A stretch of DNA of 64,000 nt from the NCBI GenBank assembly GCA_951406725.2, contig OX597819.1:20894001-20958000 (forward strand), written 5' to 3'. Position 1 is the first letter of the stretch; each line of letters begins with the position of its first letter. A program made the position numbers and the translations under genes. Shown in pieces: positions 55,279-64,000 of the stretch. The notes under the pieces were generated by a model. It made no database searches. It saw only the letters and a list, made by a program, of their open reading frames with translations, and was not told the DNA's origin. Origin of the DNA: Octopus vulgaris. Lineage: Eukaryota.

Positions 55279-56425
55279 TGTTACCAATCTCTGCTCTTCT
55301 CTCTTTGTTGTAGCCCATGTTTAACTACCATATTACATTGCAGGTAGAACTGTGCTATCGATTAGGTTGGCGTGGGTGGTACTGTCCAACCTTCCTTTGA
55401 GCACATCCCTATGCCATTAACCGCTTTCAATCTAGCCCATATTCTTCGCGAGATCTCCTTTTCGATGTCTCGACACATATTCACTTCCTGTCCCAGGTAG
55501 ACGTATTCCTTTACCTCCTCTATTTCATCACTGCCGATCACCATTCGACCTGTTAGTACGTTGTCGTACCGCATGAACTTCGTTTTCATGCGGTTCATCT
55601 CGAGACCTACTGCAGAGCTTTTGATGTCGTCGAGCTCCGTCAGCATGGTCTGAAGCTGATCCGTACTTTCAGCGGTGATTACGATATCATCAGCGAAACA
55701 GAGGTGGGTGAGGAGCTCGACATTGATGTTGACACCGCCTTGCCAGTCGATGCCTCTGATGATCTGCTCGAGACATGCAGTAAAAAGTTTTGGGGAGATG
55801 GTATCTCCTTGCTTCACTCCCTTCTCGACCGGCACTCGTATGGGTGATAACAGTGGAGCTATGTCGGTGGTGCATCCGGAATTTGCCTCCCTGAGCAGCT
55901 GCCTATATTGCGCCTCGACTCTCTGCCTCTGCAACGAGTTCAACACTGCGTTGGTTTCGACGCTGTCGAAAGCCTTCTCATAGTCTACAAACCCAACGCA
56001 AAGAGGCAGCTTGTATTCATCTTTGCTCGTTCAAGCAGTTGTGTTAGAGTAAATATATGGTCCATCGTGCTGTAGTTCATCCTGAAGCCGGCTTGCTCCC
56101 TCGGTTGTTGTTCATCGAGATGACATGACAATCTGTTCAGAATTACCTTTGTGAACAGCTTGTACATGTAAGACAGCAGGCATATATGAGTCGGTAGTTC
56201 TTTAGATCTCTATCGCCCTTCTTAAATATCAGGATGATATTTGATTCTTTCCACTGCGAGGGAATTCTTCCCTCATCTAGATAGTGCGTGAATCGCTCGG
56301 TGAGGATTTTCCAAAGCTGTTCTCTGCCTGACCTCTGATTTTATACCGGTTTTCTCTGGCTACTTTCCGTTTTTCATCAAGCCGATGGATCTTTCGACCT
56401 CACTGACAAAGATATTTTCTTCCTG
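55279..56425 (-). mobile_element. RTE-clade LINE reverse transcriptase relic
   Basis: YKLFTKVILNRL..LDEQQPREQAGFR..YSTMDHI, GVKQGDTISPKLF, HLCFADD, EYVYLGQ; stops and frameshifts; 3'-truncated. Confidence 0.93.
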
Positions 56426-56965
56426 CGGGTCCTTGGCAGGGTGGCAAGAAATGAACCACCTAATCGAGGAGAGGAAGAAGATCGGGTGCAACGTGCTGTG
56501 GCTGTGCGAGAACCGCCAGAAGAAGGAGGCGAGTATACGTTGGCAAGATGGAAAGGGAAACTGAAAGAGTGTTTAAGGAAGACTAAGGGGGTGTCTGAGA
56601 GAGAAGGGAAGATTCTCGGAGGAAACTACGAAGTTACTTGAGAATAGGAAAAATATGAAGGGGACTATTGAAGATCGCCTTACATATTCCCTTCTCAGCA
56701 GAGTTATTCGTCAGAAACTGAATAGAGACTTTGACGCATACCAGATGTAGAAGCTCTTGAAGGCCGCGGAGGAAAAGAAGAGCCTCAAGAAATGCAAGAG
56801 GGACATGGCACTATATAGATCAGAGGTGACGGCCCTGAATAATACAGATGGAGTACCGGTAAGCGATAAGAGCTAGATGGAAATTGTTTGCGAAGACTTC
56901 TACACCAAGCTTTTCAAGACTTCCAAAAATGTCCAGCCAATACCACTACTCCAACAGGAAGAAAA
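56426..56965 (+). mobile_element. Inverted 5' segment of the same RTE (APE N-terminus plus EN-RT linker)
   Basis: Plus strand encodes LIEERKKIGCNVLWLCENRQKKE (APE D-V-x-G-L-x-E-like), then YSLLSRVIRQKL...KAAEEKKSLKKCKR...CEDFYTKLF...QQEE. Confidence 0.75.
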
Positions 56966-56982
56966 ATAATTACAAACATATA

Positions 56983-57066
<84 letters not shown>

Positions 57067-57073
57067 TAACTAC

Positions 57074-57119
<46 letters not shown>

Positions 57120-57490
57120 GACAGCTTACTTCCGGTGTTTACAGCAGGATTTGGAAGGAAGGTGTGTAGCCTGTGATCGACGCATTGACCATTAAACTTT
57201 GTGCGCATGCACATTAGTGTGTAGCGGTAGCTAGATAGTTGCATGATCTCCCTTGCAAGAAAGATTATAGAGTAACCTCCCTTTACTAATTTTCTCGACG
57301 TATGTGTGTCATGAGACGTGATTCTTAATTATTCAAAAATCTTAGCTTTTCTCTTGGAAGTTTCTAGAATGACTAGCGTTCCATTCATCAAAACAGCTTG
57401 CTAACCATGCTCTTCCCTCTGCGTGTTTGAGCTTCGTCACAATGGCAACGTTCATCACTCTATCTATCTATCTCTCTCTCTCTCTCTCTA

Positions 57491-57550
<60 letters not shown>

Positions 57551-57552
<2 letters not shown>

Positions 57553-57802
57553 ACGTGACCGACCAGACCATCAGAAGATGTTGTTACACATCGCTGGTCA
57601 GAATGCGTTCGCATTGTTTTAGCCTTCGAATGAAGCCACCCCGCTGGTTAAGCGAGCAGGCGAACAGAAGAAAGAGTGGGAGCGTCGTTGAGCTTTGAGG
57701 TGTTTTCGCTCATTAAACACTCACAACGCCCGGTCTGGGAATCGAAACCGTGATCCTGCGGCTGCGAGTCCGCTGCCCTAACCACTGAGCCATTGCGCCT
57801 CC
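57551..57802 (-). mobile_element. tRNA-derived SINE with well-preserved head, flanked by (TA)n
   Basis: Minus strand: ggaggcgcaatggctcagtggttagggcagcggactcgc...ggtttcgattcccagacc, with A and B boxes. Confidence 0.8.
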
Positions 57803-57814
57803 ATATATATATAT

Positions 57815-57944
57815 ATATAATATTAATTAGAGACAAAACCACTATTATGCAAATCAAACAAAGAAAGACTTAATCCAATATTGGATTAAGTCTTTCTTTG
57901 TTTGATTTGCATAATAGTGGTTTTGTCTCTAATTAATATTATAT
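57815..57944. repeat. Perfect 130-bp palindrome with no spacer
   Basis: 65-bp arms are exact reverse complements about the centre ccaat|attgg (57879/57880). Confidence 0.95.
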
Positions 57945-58053
57945 TATATTTTACTATAAAATTGGATTCAATCCTAAATCTGATTTTTCCCTGTAAATTT
58001 GGATTCATTCCCTAATATTTATTATCATATATATATATATATATATCGCTTTT

Positions 58054-58110
<57 letters not shown>

Positions 58111-58394
58111 TCATCCCATAAATAATGAGGCCGTTTTCAATTGCATGAACTAACAATCGGACATGGACGGGATAACTACCTGATCAGCTTACTATAAACG
58201 CAGGTGCTAATTTAACCGGGTACTTATTCTGAGTACAAGTTTTGAAGATTGCAGTTTGGTTTTCATACTTATTTCTTATAAGATAAGATATAATAGAAGA
58301 ACTTTATCCTAAATTTGAAAAATAAAGAAGTGCAAAAAAGGCATTATCTATGTGAGGACGATGCATAATGATTAAAACAGTGCCGAAAAATCTG

Positions 58395-58800
58395 CAACTT
58401 TACTCCCTGGAAAGAAGGCGCACGAGACATATGCAATAATCTACATTTGGAAACATCAAAGAGTTAAGTTTGGCATTTTGTATTATACAAATGCTAGAAC
58501 TGGCCGCCATCTATTAAGCCCAATGCACCATGGACCCTGTCTAAATTCAGGACTAGATACTGCATTAGTGTAGGGTGCAAAATCCCACATCTCTTGAATG
58601 CCCTACCAAAAATATTAAGAATTCTGCATAACTTGGAAGTAGATGTCTTCAAATAGGTTCTAGACACCCTCGTCTTCTCAATGCTAGATGAACCAACAGC
58701 TTCACAGGAAATGCAGACGATGGCGGCGGAATCAAACTCACTTATACACAAAAGGGGCCAACAGATGGGACACAGACATATAAAGGAGTGGTGATGTGAA
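58395..58800 (+). mobile_element. CR1/L2-group LINE 3' remnant
   Basis: LYSLERRR..YAIIYIWK and LLNALPKILR...VFK*VLD....DEP.......AAESNSL match the C-terminal pattern of CR1-like ORF2. Confidence 0.7.
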
Positions 58801-59116
58801 ACACTCCAGACAGAGGAATTTAGAAAGACCGCAGTGATGCTCCAGCAAGACCGCAGCCGCACGGATGGAACGAGTAAAAGTATAAATATACTTACATACA
58901 TAGATACATACATATATATCTCTGTGTGTGTGTGTGTGTGTATACATTTCGATTAAAGGTTGAGTTAACCTCAGGACATTATGCTGAGATCATATAGATA
59001 CAAAATTAATATTACTTAATATTTACCGAGTATTAATTGAAAAGCTCTCAGTAAAGATGATTAATTTGCTGTTAATAATAAACAATTGACTTCCCAATCT
59101 CCATATTCTTTTCCTT

Positions 59117-59246
59117 CTTATATATATATATATATATATAAATATATATATACGCATATAAATACACATACATATGTATATATATATTCATACGTACATA
59201 CATATATATATACGTATATATGCCTATATATATATATGTATGTGTA

Positions 59247-59282
<36 letters not shown>

Positions 59283-59544
59283 CGTATATATATATGTGTG
59301 TATATATATATACGTACATATATATATATATATGTATACGTATATATGTATGTGTGTGTATATATATATGTATACGTATATATGTGTGTGTGTATATATG
59401 TATACGTATATATATATATGTATGTGTGTGTATATATACGTATACGTATATATATATATATATGTATACGTATATATCTATATATATGTGTGTGTATATA
59501 TATACGTATATATATATATGTATACGTATATATATATGTATGTG

Positions 59545-59576
<32 letters not shown>

Positions 59577-59816
59577 CGTATATATATATATGTTTGTGTG
59601 TATATATATATATATACGTATATATATGTGTACGTATATATATATGTATGTGTGTATGTATATATATATATATACGTATATATATATATATATACGTATA
59701 TATATATATATATACGTATATATATATATATGTATACGTATATATATATATATGCATGTGTGTATATATATATATACATATATATATGTATGTGTATATA
59801 TATATAGAGAGAGAGA
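59117..59816. repeat. (TA)n compound microsatellite with recurrent tacg interruptions
   Basis: Direct reading. Confidence 0.9.
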
Positions 59817-61967
59817 AATGAGAGATTTTTATTCCACAGTTGTAGAATTATAGGAAAACTAGAAGTTGAAAAGGCACTGAGAATAGTTAAAGATAATTTT
59901 TACTAATATATTAAATGATTTAATCGGTTTCTTACTTTACACTGATTTTCAAAATGTTCAGATAGAAAGCCTGGCTTTTGTCTTGCTTCTCTATTTGGTT
60001 ATTTGGCACCCAGGTCATAATACAGAGGGCACAGCCCAACGACAATCAGAACACTTACTGTGGGGACATAAAAGAGAACGAATGAAAATGAAAAAAGAAA
60101 ACGTCTATTTAAATGATAATAATGAAATGGCTGAAAACCATTTTACTGTTGATTTATACAAGTTATGAAAGTTTTCTCTTTTTCTTTACATCCTTTTCCC
60201 GTTTTTTTTTTTTAAATTACAATCTATTTCCATTTCTTTCTTTTTCTCCTTTGCTAAAAAGTCTATTGCTTTTTTTCTCTCTTTTAAAGTACTCCTTTAT
60301 TACCATTCATTAGAGGTATTAACTCCTCGTATGTAACTACTTTTGGTAGTTCTTCAAATTCAATTTCTTCCCCCAAAGGGTTCACATAACCTTTAAATGG
60401 TTCTTTTAACCTTTTATATCACCACTCCCTTTATGTGTTCCGGGTAACGTTCAGCTGGTAATTTAATCCTTATGCCACCTTTAAACTTCGCTATTTTCCG
60501 CTCTATGGCGGTACTTTTTAAATATGTTACTACATGCCACCTTTTCGTATTGGTATTTACGTGTTTATGCTCCAGACCTGAACTGTCCGCGCTAGTCATT
60601 TCCTTTAGTTCCCCTGTTCGTATATAACCTCAATCGTCCACCATTATACCCGCCACTCTATCCCCCCTTCCTCAGTACCTCCACTATTTTCTCCTCTACT
60701 TCCTTCTTCCGTTTTTTGGTTCTCCGTCGGAGAGTTCCCCAGCTCCTTTCTGTTTCGCTTATTTACACCAATAAATGTCTCTTCTTTATTTTCCTCTATT
60801 TCCGACCCTTCTTCTTCGGCAGGCTGCACTTGTTGTTCTTCTACTTTACTTTCCATCCTTATGGCTCACACTATTAAGTTTTGAATAGGATTTGATTAGT
60901 AGAGGATAGTCACATGACTGGTCCTAGAATTGTTTGTAGATTCCTCGCTACGTCCGTGTGTTAGTATCAAGTGAAACTGTTTGGGGTCGTAAGTTAAAGC
61001 TGAGACGGTTCACTGAACATGTCCAAAGAGTCAATACTATGAATGTTTTCTGTATATTTTATGCCTAAAACGATGGCCGACACAGTTGAATGAACAGGTT
61101 TAATTAAAATCAAGGCATTCCAAAGTTAATCTGACTGGTGGGAGAGTGGACAGGTGTTATCTGATTGTAGTCCAGTGGTTAAGATTAGGTTGTTAGCTGT
61201 GTAGGTTCCTCACGATAAGTAGCAAAATGAGTTGTGAGGGAAAAACTATTTGTGTATGTACTCTGTTAAAATCTGTTGAGTCTTGATTTGTACTTTTGTA
61301 AGAAAGAATTTTCTTAGTTTATCCGTGCTTTATCTGTGGTATTCGCTGAAAATAATTAGACTTGGAATGTGGGGGACTTACTATTTTGAGATATGTCTAT
61401 GTGTTCCGGGGCCTCATATTTGTTGTCACTGAGTGGTCAGTCTATTTCTTAGAGTAAGCTTTGTGTGGCTTATGATATTTGATAGTGTACATTAAAATCC
61501 TTGAAGAACATCGGCCTACATTTTCGGCACAAAATGCGTCGCGTGACACGGTGGGAGCGGAAAACGTACAAAAGGTTATAAACTTAATATTGTGTTCGTT
61601 TTGCACAAGCATTTGACAAAATCATTCAAAGCATTGATTGTTAGGATATATTCAGTCAACCGTGTCAGCCTCAACTGACGACACCAAACATTGTCACTTC
61701 ATACTAACACTCAGACATAGCGGGGAACCTACAAAAATTTCTAAGACCATCCTCCAGCAATCAAATCCCTATAAAAATAGGGCAAGGTTCAAACACTGGT
61801 CAGAAGCGAGACAGATGCGACATAAGCATCGTCTTTCTATTTGAAATTCTTGAAAATCAATGTAAACTGTGAAACCGGTTAAAGCTTCAAATATATTAAT
61901 AAAAAATATTTTAACTCTTCTCAGTGCTTTTTCAATTTCTATTTTTCCTATTTATCCACACACACAC

Positions 61968-62021
<54 letters not shown>

Positions 62022-63294
62022 GTGTGTGTTTGTGTGTGTGTGTAATAAGGATTATTACGAAATTACATACTATTAAATTTATACATTTAATATATACGTA
62101 AGTATATAAGCATGTACAGTTATGAAAGTATGTATACATGCGTGCATATGTTCGCATAAGAAATTCATTTTAGATTGCATCAAATAAATTTTCTCAGACA
62201 AAACTTCATCTCTGACTACCTTCAGTGTTCTCTCCGAATACTGTGTAATTCCAGTGGTGTTATCGGCTACTTTGACTGACATCTTTAATGAGGTGACGAG
62301 CCACTGTGTAGTGTCCAAAGTTTGTATCTTCCTCGTGGCATAGACATCACGTACTCTCAATTATACTCTTGATACAACTTTGAATTACCTTGGAAATCAT
62401 ATTTGGATCGTAACCGTTTCCATTCAACGCTGTAAACGTATACATTGCGCAATACGTGTATTTGCTTTCTGCTTCTATCGGGCTCTAGTGATTTTACTGG
62501 GATATATTTGTTAGTAAATCCTACTTTGTAATGGTACCAATAAATATTGCCTTAAGCTAGCTTTTCATGAAGCCAAAATTATTTTCAAGCATCGGATACC
62601 AGTCTAGTAAGTGTACAGGGACTTATCTCTTTGCAAATACCATACTGTTTTGGTGCGAATATATATTTTAAGAAGAGACAACATTCTATAAAGCAAAATA
62701 TATTTGAAAGCATCTGAAAGTTGTCACGATAATTTACAACCAGCTTTGAGGTTGACTACAAAATATGTGAGTGCTATAATAAAACACGCCACAAACCTTT
62801 GGCAACATAAGTATTTCTATTGCAGGGAAACATTCCATTTTTAATGTTTGAATAAAATTGTTAGTACTCATACTCCGTGGTCAACATAATCATGCTTGAT
62901 TGGTCCTTAAAGTGAAAGCTGACGCCTAAATATATAATACAACAAGGGAGCTTTTGCTGTTGCTCAAATCAAAAGGAATCCAGGAACACCTGTTTCTCTA
63001 TAAACTCTGAATATTGAATGTCTGAAATGCACACATTTTGCATGTCATTTATCTGACATTACTGTGAAGACCATTATCATGATATATCCAGTTACCATGT
63101 TCGTGTATCAGTGTACGGATGTGTGTGTCTATCTGCCTGCTTCTCTCTCTTTCGCATCCTCTATCTCTCTCTCTCTCACTCTCTCAGTATATCAATCTCT
63201 CTGTCTACTACCTACGAAAATATCAACTATTCTCTCTCACTCACTCTCTGTCTCTCTCTCTCTATATATATATATTTGTCTATCTGTCTACCTA

Positions 63295-63352
<58 letters not shown>

Positions 63353-64000
63353 CATACACACGCATATGTATGTACTCATTTATATTCCTTATTTATACTT
63401 AGGAATGTGTGCGTGTGGTAGTAGTTATTGTTGTAGCAACAAATTTGCTTTTATACATGATCATAGTTTTGTTATCACAGACACACACAATATACATTTA
63501 CGTACACACTTGCAAACAGTTACATGCATACTGACACAAACACACGCACACACTGCTCCTATACCTAGCCAAGAGAGCCGATGTTTAGTGACAAGATTTA
63601 AAACTGGTATCCATCAAACGTCTTTGAGAAGTTTGAATCCTGGTCGAATATATTTTTACTGTTTTTCGTAGTCAATTCCGTTCAGTTTCTTTTCAATTAA
63701 ATTGTGATGCCAAGGAGGAATTTTAGATTTCTCCATCTTCGTTTTACCGTTTCTTCAAGTAATGTGATGAAATTATATCGTTCGTATGTAAAACACGCAT
63801 TTATTAGACACTTATATTTGGTTGCGTATGTATATATATACACATATATACATATATGTATATATACACAAAAGATATATACACACATACACACACACAC
63901 ACACATATATATATACACACACACATATATATACACACACACATATATACACACATATATATATATGCACACATATATACACACACACATATAGATATAC

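Noticed and set aside
57725-57802. tRNA gene
   Set aside because: Has A and B boxes but no convincing acceptor stem, and continues into a SINE body.
60414-60856. E/K-rich minus-strand ORF fragments
   Set aside because: Interrupted and low-complexity; may be retroelement ORF1 debris but no diagnostic motif is visible.

Overview
AT-rich eukaryotic non-coding DNA, intergenic or intronic, packed with (TA)n/(TG)n/(TAGA)n microsatellites and decayed mobile elements. The mix of tRNA-derived SINEs resembles an octopus (coleoid cephalopod) genome; this is an inference. No intact host gene is supportable, and most listed ORFs are microsatellite artefacts. Recognisable elements are several SINE families, two RTE LINE relics, an R4/Dong-type RLE retrotransposon relic, a CR1/L2-like tail, Tc1/mariner relics, a Tigger/pogo-like MITE and Penelope-like debris. 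The main signal is a set of type I hammerhead ribozyme motifs with palindromic stem III. Three are complete or nearly complete (6551-6623 -, 8262-8342 -, 15484-15610 +) and several are decayed. One sits inside a 476-bp unit with ~180-bp terminal redundancy, resembling a retrozyme or Penelope pLTR. Also notable: an RTE with a twin-priming-like 5' inversion, an RTE ending in three C2H2 fingers and fused to a SINE head, and a perfect 130-bp palindrome. Coordinates of decayed elements are approximate.
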